A stretch of 33,851 nucleotides of DNA from Chiloscyllium plagiosum. Lineage: Eukaryota. Of this stretch, positions 1 through 11,196 are shown piece after piece. The stretch spans positions 8,869,685 to 8,903,535 of the forward strand of contig NC_057755.1 of the NCBI RefSeq assembly GCF_004010195.1. The letters are read 5' to 3'. The position numbers and the translations under genes were made by a program. How positions within the stretch are numbered: position 1 is the first letter of the stretch; each line of letters begins with the position of its first letter. A model generated the notes under the pieces. That model was given only the letters and a program-made list of their open reading frames with translations, did not search any database and was not told where the DNA came from.

Positions 1-2240
1 CCTGGGCAGGTTCTTAAACGAGGAATAGATCCCTCTATTCCCTCTTGTCCGCCCTTCAACATTCTGTGTCAGGAAACCCTCCTGCACACATTTTGACAAA
101 AAGACTAATCAATCCGACGTACTAGAGTTATAGCATTTCTAATCAATATTGGGGAAATTAAAGTCCACCATAATGACCACCCTATTTTTTTCACTCGTGC
201 CCAGAATCGACTTGCCAACCCTCTACTCCACATCCGTGGAACTTTGCGGAGGCCAGTAAAAAACTCCCAGAGACCTCTCCTCTCCTGTTTCAAACATCAG
301 CCTTTACCACCACATTCAAAGAGTCATTTTCAAATGTTCCTTCGGCTACTGTTACACAGTCCTGACTAACAAAACCACGCCATCCCCTCTTTTACTACCT
401 TTCCTGAAATGAAAGATTAAAAGTGAAAAATCTAAATCCTGGAACCTGCAACAGCCACTCTTGACCTTGCTCTATCCATGTCTCAGTAATGGCCACAGCA
501 TCGAAGTCCCAGGAACCCATCTATGTTGCAAGCTCACCTACATTATTGAAGTATTGATTAGATTCCCTACAGTGTGGAAACAGGCCCTTCGGCCCGACCA
601 GTCCACGCCGACGTTTTGAAGAGTAACCCACCCAGACCCATTTCTCTCTGACTAATGCACCTAACACTATGGGCAATTTAGCATGGCCAATCCACCTGAC
701 CTGCACATCTTTGGACTGTGGGAGGAAACCAGAGCACACTCATGCAGACACAGGGAGAATGTGCAAACTCCACATAGACGTTCACCCAAGGCTGGCATCG
801 AACCTGGGAGCCTGGTGCTGTGAGGCAGCAGTGCTAACCACTGAGCCACCGTGCCACCCCGGCTATTGAAGTAGACAGATGGAAGCAGACGCACTTAAAT
901 CCAGTATGCTTCCTGCCTGCACACACCTGTGACCGAGAAATCCTAACCGTGTCCTCCCTACTCTCATCCACCTGTGTAGTGGAACTACAACACAGGTTCT
1001 CACCCACATGGTGAGCTCGTTTAAACCTCCCCCAATAATACCAGCAAATTTCCCACGCAGGGGTTTAGTGCCCTTTTGGTTCAAGTGAAGACCGTCCTGA
1101 ATGCTGAGATCGCAAGTTCCCCAGAATGACCCGTGTTATCCATATAACTGAAACCCTCTCTCATGCATAATCACTGCTGTCACGTGTTCAGCTGATATGT
1201 CTCCCTATTACTTTGCTCGCTATCGCGTGGCATGGGTAACAAAAGAGAGATAACAACTCTGTTTGTTCTAGCTCTCAGCTTCCATCCTAGCTCCCTGAAA
1301 TCCTGCCTTACATCCCTATCCCTCTTTCTCCCTATGTCATTGCTACCCACGTGGACTATGAGTTGGGGCTGGTCACCCTCTCCCTTCAGGACATTAAAGA
1401 AACGATCCGAGACATCACGGACCCTGGCGCCTGTGAGGCAACACACCAACCGTGAGTCTCATGCATTTCAAAAAAACCTTTTATCTGACCCTATAACTAT
1501 TGAGTCCACAAAGTGACTAACACTGTCTTCCTATCCTTTCTTCCCTACTGTGCAACACGGTCAGACTCTGCCAGAGACCCGAACCCAATGCATGCCCCTG
1601 GTAAGTCGCCCCCCGCCCACAACAGTATCCAAAACGGTATACTTGTATTTCAGGGGAACGACCACAGAGGATCACTGCACCGACTGTTTACCCGCTTCTA
1701 AAAATTACCCAGCTTTCTTTGTGCCCAGGGGTAACTACTTCGCTGTATCTCTTATCTATCACAGCCTCTACCTCCCGAATGTTTCGGAGTTCATCCAGCT
1801 CCAGCTCCAGTTCGCGAACACGGTAATGGAGCAGCAAGATTTGAGTGCAGTTCCTGCAGATGGATGGGACACTAATGGCGTCCCACACATCAAACATCAT
1901 ACAGGAGGAACATTCTTCTCCCAGAATTACCATTCCTACAAGTCCCCTTATCAGAAAGGAAACAAAGGAGAATTTTACCTGATGTGTCCCTGGTGTTTAA
2001 GATTAGAGGAGGTGGATGTGTGGGAAGCCCTACAAGGGTAGGGTCTCGAGTTTAGAAAACACTCACTTATATAGCTGATGGAAGAAAAAGGTCCCTCCTT
2101 TCCCAGAAACCTTGACCCTCCTTGATGCTATGCCTGCCGACGCTCGAGGCAAGATTTTAAAGTTTTCTTCAGGTGACTCACCTTTCCCAACAGGCCCCTG
2201 GTCCAAGCACCCACTCTTCCTGCTGCTGGAAACTGAAATG
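1..2240 (-). mobile_element. CR1/HER1-type LINE, 5' part (5'UTR, ORF1, start of ORF2 endonuclease), decayed; continues beyond the left edge
   Basis: Minus-strand ORF1 remnants: N-terminal CxxC plus coiled coil (CSSCMMF...VRELELELDELRNIRE, 1688-1933) and SGNH-esterase-like motifs (CCLTGARVRDV, IVHVGSNDIG, VVISLLLP, 1180-1449). ORF2 APE-endonuclease remnants (AVAITETW near 480-500, VVIMVDFNFPNID near 143-181). Stops and frameshifts present. The 5' boundary is inferred from where homology to 26016 begins. Confidence 0.88.
554..863 (-). mobile_element. HE1-type tRNA-derived shark SINE inserted into the CR1 element
   Basis: Minus strand starts GGGTGGCACGGTGGCTCAGTGGTTAGCAC (A box), has a GGTTCGATGCC B box and a CR1-like tail ending in AATCT repeats. 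Perfect 10-bp target-site duplication TATTGAAGTA at 544-553 and 864-873. Confidence 0.93.
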
Positions 2241-2500
2241 GTCTTGGACTTCTATGGTGTTATTACTTTTTCCCAGACGCCCTTATCTCTATCTTTGGAG
2301 CTTTCTCAGTACGTGCTGTATATTACCACATTCCTGCTGACGTCTGCACATGCATTTCAATAGACCCTGCAATAATATGGGAGCCTTCCCGTATTGTCCA
2401 GAGGATTTGTGGTGGAATCTCTTTAATGCTAATTGGGTTCTTTTAAGGTTATGTGCACATGTAATCAAACTCTGTAACTAATTCAAAACAAACTAATTCA

Positions 2501-2782
2501 GAACTAGAGGGCATAGGTTTAGGGTGAGAAGGGAAAGATATAAAAGAAATCTAAGGGGTAACGTTTTCACGCAGAGGGTGTTACGTGCATGGAATGACCT
2601 TCCAGAGGAAGTGGTGGAGGCTTGTACAATTGCAACATTTCAGAGGCATTTGGATGAGTATATAAATAGGATGGGTTTAGACAGATATGGGCTGGGTGCT
2701 GGCAAATGGGACTAGATTGGGTTGGGATATCTCGTCGGCATGGACGGGTTTCCATGCTGTATAGCTCTATGACTCTATGACT
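2501..2782 (+). mobile_element. 5'-truncated CR1 LINE 3' end
   Basis: Encodes the CR1 ORF2 C-terminus (RTRGHRF...VFTQRVLRAWNDLPEEVVEA) and ends in (CTATGACT)n. Absent from the paralogous site near 26265. Confidence 0.88.
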
Positions 2783-3042
2783 TTATTTAACTATGAACAC
2801 CTGGAAGTCTCAACCAATGTAAATCTATTTGTGAAGGCTCCCAATCTTTAAAGCAGCTGCGTATGGAATTCTTCTATCAGCATAGTCAAGGGTGTCCTTA
2901 TTCAGCTGTTCCTGCATCAACAACTGCATGTCTCTAACTGGACCTTTTGTCTATTACCTTAGTCTGTTACCTTGGATGTAATCTCTCTGCAAAGCTGCAA
3001 ACGTCATGACTCATACTTTACTGTAATACTATAACAAACAAA

Positions 3043-4410
3043 CGTTATGAAGTTGAAGACAGGTGCTGAACCTTTAAGAACAAGAAAATGCTGAACTGAG
3101 AGACAGCAGTCCCAGAGTGTTCTGGAAAATTGAAAATACTTAACAATTGGCTGTGAAATAAATTAATCAGTTTTGATTCCTGTTTTGAGAACAATTCGAA
3201 TTAAACCAATGAGTGTAGATTATGTGTCAGGATACCAAAACCCAATCGAGGTTGAATTTATTGTTTTGCCAACATCGGACAAAAGAGGCAATCCCATGTT
3301 TGGGGTGGGCGGAGGGATTGGTGTGTGCAAAAATGTGGACATTTTGTAAATTGGTCAGAGAGCAACTGCTGTATCGAAAGAAACTCCTGGTGAGCTAATT
3401 ACCCATCTCACATCTTGTTCTCAAAAGAATTGGAAAATACTGTCTATCAAAAGTACCTTTTTCATATGAAACATACTAACAATAAATATAAAGAAGACGA
3501 CCCAGGAATATCACCACGCAGTAGGCTGAAGTCAAAGAAGATGACAAAGACATGTGTGATTTTCATATTAAGTTAATATAAAGTTAGTAAGTGTATTATT
3601 GGAGCAGTATATTGTTATAAATTTGGAAGCAGACTGTAAGCAGTTAAGAGAAAGGAGGGCTTAAATTTGTGATTTCTTTTGTGTAATGTTCACTTTTAGA
3701 GTTGGAAAATAAAATGATAATTAAGTAAGTTAGCTCGCTGAGCTGGAAGGATTGTTTTCAGAGGTTTCGTTACTGTAACTTAGCAACATTATCAGTGAGA
3801 GTCTCTGGTGAAGAGCTGGTGGCATTTCCCGCTTTTTTATTAATAGGTCTTGGTTTCTGAAGGTGGGTGATGTCATTGTTATTTTGGAAAGATAACATAG
3901 ATGGGATCTAAGTCGATGTGTTTACTGATGGAGTTCGGGTTAGAATGCCGTACCTCTAATAATTCTCGTGTGTGTCTTTGTTTCATCTGTCCTCGGATGT
4001 GTGCATTATCCCATTCAAAGTGGTGTCCTTCTCTGTCTGTATGTATGGAAACTAGTGATAGTGGGTCGTGTCTTTTGGTGGCTATTTGGTGTTCATGTTC
4101 ACCTTAGGAAACGAAAACTTATAAATTGAGAGGCGGGTCATACCGCCACCGCTTAATTCGAGATGGTAATTAGTCATGGTGATGAAACGTCTGAAATAAA
4201 ACCTTCCAGTTCAACGAGCTAACCTAAATACTTATCATAAACCTGAGCTGCAAATCTTCTCAAAAATCGCTAAAATAATTTGATGTTACTTGTTAAAATA
4301 GTGAAATTTTGGAATTGTCTGTCACCCATTTTAACAGATTACTCGCCAAGCCGAGCTTTTCTGTGTAATTGGTTGAATGAGGAGAGGAGTTCGAACACAG
4401 TGTTGTAACA
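3043..4410 (+). mobile_element. Solo LTR (Gypsy-type, ~0.8 kb) interrupted by a Penelope-like insertion
   Basis: Starts CGTTATGA (TGTTATGA in the paralog) and ends TTGTAACA. Flanks are CAAA/CAAG. Collinear with the uninterrupted copy at 26526-27334. Strand is tentative. Confidence 0.72.
3723..4270 (-). mobile_element. Penelope-like element fragment with inverted pseudo-LTRs
   Basis: Minus strand 3900-4097 reads HEHQIATKRHDPLSLVSIHTDREGHHFEWDNAHI...NSISKHIDLDP, the C-terminal part of a GIY-YIG endonuclease. 3725-3770 is the inverted complement of about 4180-4226. Degenerate CTGATAA...GAAAC hammerhead core. Absent in the paralog. Confidence 0.82.
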
Positions 4411-4453
4411 CAAGCTGGTTCTAAGCCAAATGCAAGCCACTTTCGGCCATCGT

Positions 4454-4687
4454 TGTGGTGATGTGAACGATGTCGACCAGGGAGACCTCACAGAATGTGT
4501 TTTCACTGATTGGGGCTGTAAACCTGATCGAAACAGGGAGCCCTGGCTGACCGATATAAATAGGAGTGTCAGAGATTCTGTTCATTCTGAGAGGTGGCTC
4601 CAAGGAAGCTGGACAAGTGCCAAGCCCTTTGCACATATAAATAAAGGGTGTTAGGTGATGGGTTACCAGCTCTGGGGATTTATTTCA
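4454..4687 (+). mobile_element. Short (~234 bp) solo Gypsy LTR, uninterrupted (empty Tx1 target)
   Basis: TG...CA ends, TATAAA at 4555-4560, AATAAA at 4640-4645. Same family as the LTR pieces flanked by a PBS (18138-18147) and a PPT (22385-22397) elsewhere in the window. Confidence 0.8.
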
Positions 4688-5253
4688 ACCTTGGGTTGTT
4701 TTCAGCCAAGGGCAGACCCAAAACGGCAATGCCAATATGCAATTGATCACACCTGGAGAATTATCGCTTTGATCCAATGAATTAGTGAAAGAAGCAATTC
4801 CTTAACATTTGCCTTGTTGAGGCAAAAGTAATTTTCAGTCTACAGACTTGGGAGTGAGGTTATGCTTAGCCACACTGAGATTCTGAAGTAAGAAATAACT
4901 GCTGCTGCATTCATTTATTTCTTTTAATTTATTTACTTGGGCAAGGAGTTGAGGTCCAATTGAAGTCTCGATCGTTTTAAATCAGGGGAAGCTTGCAGCT
5001 ATGCAGTTAGCTTCAATGATAAGGGGGTATAACATAGGGAATTCACTTTGCCTCTTACTTATCGAGGATCGTTCCTGTTTAATGTTACATGTGTCCGTGG
5101 TCCAATTACTGGTGTTCATTATAATGTTTCCTGATGTGAAACATCTTAAATTTAACGTTGCTTTTCCATCATAGTTTCACACAGCACAGAAACAGAGCCT
5201 TCGAAGTAACACGTCCATGCCAACGGAGTTTCCCAAACTAAAGTAGTCCTATG

Positions 5254-5466
5254 ATGGAAATGTGTTGCTGGAGAAGCGCAGCAGGTCAGGCAGCATCTAG
5301 GGAACAGGAGAATCGACGTTTCGGGCATTAGCCCTTCTTCAGGAATCATTCTAATGAACTTTAACAGCCCTTCTCCTGTTCCCTAGATGCTGCCTGACCT
5401 GCTGCGCTTCTCCAGCAACACATTTCCATCTCTGATCTCCAGCATCTGCAGACCTCATTTTCTCTT
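5254..5466. mobile_element. Short palindromic Penelope-derived insertion (inverted pseudo-LTR pair)
   Basis: Perfect 60-bp inverted arms at 5253-5312 and 5371-5430. 15-bp direct flanking repeat TAAAGTAGTCCTATG (5239-5253, 5467-5481). Empty site in the paralog near 27670. Confidence 0.88.
5311..5346 (-). ncRNA. Minimal type I hammerhead ribozyme motif of Penelope pseudo-LTR
   Basis: Minus strand ATTC-CTGAAGA-A-GGGC-TAAT-GCCC-GAAAC-GTC-GATT: intact CUGANGA and GAAA cores and stem II. Stem I is weak. Confidence 0.6.
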
Positions 5467-6289
5467 TAAAGTAGTCCTATGCACCTGCATATGGCCCTTT
5501 TCCATCTAAGCATTGCCTTGTCGTGTACTTGTCCAAATATCCTCTTAATGTTGTAACTGGGCCTGCGTCCATCACTTTTTTTGGAAAGTTCATTCTACAT
5601 ACGAACCATGCACTATGTCAAAAACCTGCTACGCAGGTCTCTTCCAATTTTTTCTCCTAACCCTTTAAAATTATGGTCTCCTACCCGTCCCATCACCGTA
5701 GAGAAAGTAGCTTTGTTATTCACTGTATCCATGCCCCTCATGATTTTATCAACTTCTATAATGTACACGAAAAGGGCCTCAGATTATTCTGCCTATCCTT
5801 ATAACTGAAACGGTCCTGCCTTGGTAAAATTCTAATGAACTTTAACTGAACCTTTTCGAATCTAATATTGTGCTTTCGATAGCAAGTGATCAGGACTGTA
5901 CACAGTATTCCAAAACTGGACTCACCAACGTACCATAAACTGCAACGTGACATTCCACAACCTGTACTCAATGATCTGAGCTATGACGCATTCCAACTGC
6001 CTTCTTTACCAGCCTGTCTACGTGTGACACAACATCCAAACACTACTACATGAACCATGATGTCTCTCTTTTTGACAGCACTGCTCAGTGCCCTTCCATT
6101 AACTATAAATGTCCTGCCCTTGAACATCTGACGAAAAGGCAGCACCTCCCATTTTTTTGAAATTTGACCCCATATGCCACACCTCGACCAATTGACCCAA
6201 TTGATCAAGATTCCATTGTTATATGAGATAACCTTCACAGTCTGCTATACCACCAATGTTGGTGCCATTGGCAAATTTACTGACCATGC

Positions 6290-6505
6290 TTAAAAGGAAT
6301 TGCTTCTATCAGACGGTAGTCAATGTCTGGAATTCTCTGCCCAGAAAATGATGGAAGCGAGATCACTGAATGCATTTGAAGCAGAGAGCGACAGGTTTTT
6401 GAAATATTAAGGAGTTGAGAACCTCGTGGAGCTGGACAAAAGAAGTGTTGAGACAGGTGAGCTGTGTTCTGATAGAATAGCTGGCAGCTGTTTCCTATGT
6501 CCTTA
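6290..6505 (+). mobile_element. Old CR1-type 3' end fragment
   Basis: Resembles the FFSQRVVNVWNSLP coding end followed by the ttcctatgtcctta tail. Confidence 0.65.
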
Positions 6506-6777
6506 TATTACATCAGAAATTTGTACAGATCATGGAAGTGTGAGAATTCAAGCTTTGGAGAAGATCAAAGCATGAGAGGAAGAGCTGCGGAAGAAATCAG
6601 CAAAATGAAATTAATGTACCACCATGTTCGATCTTTGAACTGTAAGAAAGAAATCTGGTTACGAACAGTTGAGTGCAGAACTCCAAGTAGAAGGCATTGA
6701 GGACCACGCTCAAAAACGGAACCATTAACGTAGGGAGGAAAAATAGACCAAGGTATACAGAAACGAAACAACTGCTT

Positions 6778-7146
6778 GGGGATTGCACGTTGGCTACGTG
6801 TTTGGCACTGAGCTCACAGCGCCAGGGACCTGGGTATAAACCCATGCTTGGACGACTGCCTGTGAGGAGTTTACAAGTTCTCCCTGTGTCTGTGTGGGTT
6901 TCCTGTAAGTACTCCGGTTCACTCCCACAGTTCAAAGATGTGCAGTTTAGGTGGTATGGCCATGGTAATTTGTCTCATAGTATCTGGGGATGTGCAGGCT
7001 AGGTGGAGTAGCCATAGGTAATGCAAAAGTATGGGAATAATGAAGGGGGTAACTACGTGTCTGGGTTAGATATCCTTAGGAAGATTGGTGTGGAATCAAA
7101 GAGCGAATGACCTACTTTCACACCATCGGCATTCTACGATTCTGTG
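6778..7146 (+). mobile_element. Decayed HE1-type SINE
   Basis: Collinear with the SINE at 25485-25798 (ctcacagcgccagggacctggg...tgtgtctgtgtgggtttcct). Tail attctacgattctgtg. Confidence 0.82.
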
Positions 7147-7469
7147 GACCATCCTAGAGAAAGAAACGCAGAACGTGTGAAAGTTCTGAAATGGCAAAAC
7201 TGACGAAGATTAATTATCATTCCCATGGAATTGTCATCCTGTTGGTGCACCTTGACAGGAAAATATCTATTTGATAAAATGATGATGTTAAATTGCACAA
7301 AAGAACTTTCCAGGAGTAAAAGAAGGACACGTTTAACTCGATGACCTGAAAACAATCTTGGCCTAATACTCTGAACAAGTTCCTCAACACCATATATGAT
7401 CTGATTGACCTCCCTAAACAGACAGTGCCAGTAATTGAAAATATTCGACATTTTTTTCAACCAACTTAT

Positions 7470-7560
7470 TCAAAGATGTTATGACACACCACTGTAGCAA
7501 GTGGGACTTGAACGTAGTACTCTCTGATCCAAAAGCAGGCATTCATAGCATTGACACAAA
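7470..7560 (-). mobile_element. SINE head fragment (tRNA-like)
   Basis: gtgggacttgaac corresponds to a B-box-like GTTCAAGTCCC on the minus strand. Heavily decayed. Confidence 0.45.
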
Positions 7561-7733
7561 CACAGTTGACTGCTGCTGGCAATCTGCTGGGGAGCGAAGG
7601 TAACCCACTTGTTTGAAATTGCAACAGTCGGATTGTAGACTGACATATTAACTAGTCTCAGGCATCATGCTGTGTAATTATTGATTCATGCTCGCAACGG
7701 ACAGACCCAGTGGCACCAGTCATTATATGGGCG

Positions 7734-7872
7734 GATTCTGGATCAGTGGTGCTGGAAGAGCACAGCAATTCAGGCAGCATCCTCGGATGCTGCCTGAATT
7801 GCTGTGCTCTTCCAGCACCACTGATCCAGAATCTGGTTTCCAGCATCTGCAGTCATTGTTTTTACCTCGTTG
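7734..7872. mobile_element. Short palindromic Penelope-derived insertion
   Basis: Perfect 49-bp inverted arms at 7734-7782 and 7785-7833 with a 2-nt spacer, then a ccagcatctgcag tail. Flanking direct repeat ATTATATGGGCGGA (7722-7735, 7873-7886). Empty in the paralog near 29920. Confidence 0.88.
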
Positions 7873-8245
7873 ATTATATGGGCGGAACCTGGTGCTGCTA
7901 ATATGATGGTTCAGAATTGAAGTTATTTTGCATTGTTGTGTTTGATCATGTATGACAATATTTTACATCGTGTGCTAATCATTGCCCTTTGAAAAATAAT
8001 CAAACAATAAAAAATACACACACATGAATATTGGATCACCAAGAAGCAAAAAAAAAATCTTCGAATACGAACAATTATTAGAAAATTGTTGCTGTCATCA
8101 CAGAAAGATAAACTTGTTGAACTACGTGGAAAATTTAAACAACTCATCTATGCAGTAAAGGTGAACGTTTAATGTACTCATTAGTTTCATGTACTCATCA
8201 GTTTCATGTACTCATCAGTAGACATTTAACACATTACACAAGATA

Positions 8246-8768
8246 TCGTGAGCAACTTTGGGCACAGTGCATAAGGAAGGATGTTTTTCAATTGCAAGGG
8301 GTTCAGAAGAGGATCGCAGGAATGGTTTTAGAAATGAAGGGTTTGTCCTATGAGAAGTGGTTGCGCACTCTGGGTCTGTACACGATGGGGTTCAGAAATA
8401 TGAAGGGAAATCAGATTGAACCTTATAGTACACGGAGAGACCTGGATGGAGTACACTTGGATCAGATGTTTCCACTGATAGGAGAGAGCAGGATCTAAAG
8501 GCACAGCCTCAGGGACAAAACTTTAGAATTGACATGAGGAGGAATTTGTTCAGAGAAAGGATGGTAAATTTGTGAAAGTCACTGGAAGTACACTGGAATG
8601 CTTCGGAGATAGAGATAGTTTTTTGATGTATGAGGGAGCCAAAGGCCACAGCAAGAACGCAGGATAATGGGGTTTAGGAACCATATAAGCAACGATTGAA
8701 TGGCAGAGCAGATTTGCTGAGCCAAATAGCCTCATTTAGATCCTGTATCTTATGTATTTATGATCTTG
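8246..8768 (+). mobile_element. CR1 LINE 3' end
   Basis: QLWAQCIRKDVFQLQGVQKRIAGMVLEMKGLSYEKWLRTLGLY resembles the CR1 ORF2 C-terminus. Tail tcttatg repeats. Paralog at 30272-30787. Confidence 0.85.
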
Positions 8769-8874
8769 TGGAAGAGTAGTAAACAACAGCTGATCGGCAT
8801 AGGTGTCAGGAAATTACTATCGCAAACTATAGGGAATCTAAACAACACTTTTGGACATTCAATAATGCTGCCTT

Positions 8875-9800
8875 TCCAGAATCCACCACCATCAACATCC
8901 TAAGGATTTCTAATAACCCAAATCCAGCCCTGCATTAGCCCTATAAGTATTGTTTCTCCAAGAGTAGGTGACAGCCTGGGAATTCTGTGACGAAAATCTC
9001 ACCTCCTGACTCCCCAAAGCCTGTCCCACCATCTACAAGACATAGGTCAGGAGTATTGGTGAATACTGCAAATACCGATCCGATGAGTGCAGCTCCAACA
9101 ACACTCAACAAGCTCAACACCATCAAAGATCCTGGAAAATTCTGAAGAAGTCATAAGAGAATTCAAAATCATATTTTTATTCACTCCCTGCACAAAACAT
9201 TACAGATCTTTCGAATATATTCAACTTTGTCTTTGACTATTACAGATAACTAGCATCTGCAGTAGTTCACGTTTATTCCAGCATATATCAGAAAACGTGA
9301 TTGTCACCACATTCACAAAACCTCAGTCTGTCCCTCTCTACCACTATCGCTTAATAACAGCAGGATGTAACATCTATAGAACACATTGCAGCAGCTCACC
9401 GAGGTTCCTCAGACAGCTCCCTCTCACCCTCACAGCCGCTAATATCTGGAAGCAATAGATTGATGGGAATGACACCACTTGTAAGTTCCCTTTAAGACAC
9501 TCACCTTTCTGGCTTGGAAACACTTCACCGTTCCTTCAGTGTTGCTGGATCAGTTAAAAGACATTTGCACAGCTCCATGCAGAGGAAAGGTTTAGGGGAA
9601 TATGAGTCAAATACAAGGAAATGGGACTAGTTCAGTTGAGAAAACCTGGTCAGCATGGATGGGTTGGACCGAAGAGTCTGTTTCCATACTCTGTGACTCT
9701 CTGTCAATGCTCTAACACCAAATGATCTGCATTTTCATTTGAGAAGCCAGCTCTCCACCACATTCTGAAGTGATACTAAGTAAGAGGAATAAATGCTGTC
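8875..9800 (+). mobile_element. Old CR1/L2-group LINE 3' portion interrupted by smaller insertions (about 9130-9280 and 9555-9700)
   Basis: The paralog reads LITTYKTQVRSVMEYSPLVWMGTAPTTLRKLETTQD (about 31028-31135), an RT C-terminal motif. Its 3' UTR is shared with 25115-25360. Confidence 0.68.
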
Positions 9801-10590
9801 TCAGCCTGTTCTATAATAAAAATGAATATTCTGTAAAACATTTACAGATAACTCCGCTTCAGCAGCTGGAAAGAAACAACAATCAAAATGAAATACTGCT
9901 GAAACAGCTCGGAACACATCGACTGGAAATAACCAAAGTCAGGGAAAATGATGACAAATGATAATAAAGAATGAGTAAGTTAACTTAAATCGGTTTTATG
10001 CAAACATAAAACCAAGAGAACTGCGGATGATGTAAATCAGAAGCAAAAACAGAAGCTACCGTTCCTTCAGTGTTGCTGGATCAGTTAAAAGACATTTGCA
10101 CAGCTCCATGCAGAGGAAAGGTTTAGGGGAACATGAGTCAAATACAAGGAAATGGGACTAGTTCAGTTGAGGAAACCTGGTCAGCATGGATGGGTTGGAC
10201 CGAAGAGTCTGTTTCCGTGCTCTGTGACTCTCTGCCAATGCTCTAACACCAAATGATCTGCATTTTCATTTGAGAAGCAAGCTCTCCACCACATTCTGAA
10301 GTGTTACTAAGTAAGAGGAATAAATGCTGTCTCAGCCTGTTCTATAATAAAAATGAATATTCTGTAAAACATTTACAGATAACTCCGCTTCAGCAGCTGG
10401 AAAGAAACAACAATCAAAATGAAATACTGCTGAAACAGCTCGGAACACATCGACTGGAAATAACCAAAGTCAGGGAAAATGATGACAAATGATAATAAAG
10501 AATGAGTAAGTTAACTTAAATCGGTTTTATGCAAACATAAAACCAAGAGAACTGCGGATGATGTAAATCAGAAGCAAAAACAGAAGCTAC
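9527..10590. repeat. Tandem duplication, 531-bp unit x2
   Basis: Units start at 9527 and 10058 (ACCGTTCCTTCAG). 7 mismatches counted by eye. 2-bp AC junction microhomology. Single copy in the paralog. Confidence 0.95.
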
Positions 10591-10727
10591 TGGAAAAGGC
10601 CTGAGGAAGGGGCACCAGACCTGAAATGTTAACTCTAATGTCTTTTCCCAGTACCTGCCAGATCTACTGATCTTTTCCAGCAAATTTTATTTCTGTTTAC
10701 ATCAACACAATGGGATTTAAGACTTAC

Positions 10728-10797
10728 CAAAAATGCCAACAGCTGCAAGTATTGGGTAGTAAATACGTGCTATCTGTAAGATTGCTGAATATTCCAT
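10728..10797 (-). CDS. First coding exon of a GPR139/GPR142-like class A GPCR (exon 2 expected left of the window)
   Basis: ATG at 10797; 70 nt encoding MEYSAILQIARIYYPILAAVGIF+G, followed by a canonical donor GTAAGT (10727-10722), phase 1. Matches the start of TM1 and the phase of the paralogous exon 2 acceptor at 24321. Confidence 0.8.
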
Positions 10798-11196
10798 TCT
10801 GTCTCAGTCAGGTCTGTGTGCTCCAGTGGAGTCAGTAATTCTGTCTACTGAAATAAAATAATATTATCAACACAGCATCAATTCACTTGGAAGCGAAGTG
10901 TGCAGTGAGACAATAATATATACTGGTTGCATCACAAATAACAGTAGTTGCAGTAATCTGAACAAGCTGCTAATTAACCACTTTCCTTCGAGAATCTATT
11001 TTGAAGAATAGATTCTCGAAGGAATCTATTTTGAAGAATAAATTGTAACTGCTTTCTTGAGAAATAAAAGTAGATTTCATTGTCATGTGCACTCAAGTAC
11101 GAAAGTAAATGAGTACAGTGAAAATTGTACACAGACGCCACTCCTGGCACCATCTTAGGTACAAAGGTACTTCTGTATACAATCTTAGTTAGACAG

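Larger units (their letters stand above)
5170..6289 (-). mobile_element. Old CR1/HER1 LINE 3' portion
   Basis: Minus-strand remnants of the RT C-terminus (SKFANGTNIGG, FEKVQLKFIRILP) and a typical 3' tail. Paralog at 27600-28508. Confidence 0.82.

Noticed and set aside
7658..7901. The same peptide (FWISGAGRAQQFRQHPRMLPELL) on both strands
   Set aside because: A trivial consequence of the 49-bp palindrome.
8172..8219. Three copies of a ~17-bp unit (atgtactcatcagtttc)
   Set aside because: An ordinary micro-duplication, partly shared with the paralog. No further signal.
9770..10492. Two near-identical 63-aa ORFs
   Set aside because: A product of the 531-bp tandem duplication, with GTG starts and overlap with a LINE tail.
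10848..10925. Upstream splice acceptor (ttttatttcAG) or TATA box for the GPCR gene
   Set aside because: Neither is conserved in the paralog, and the AT-rich background makes chance matches likely.
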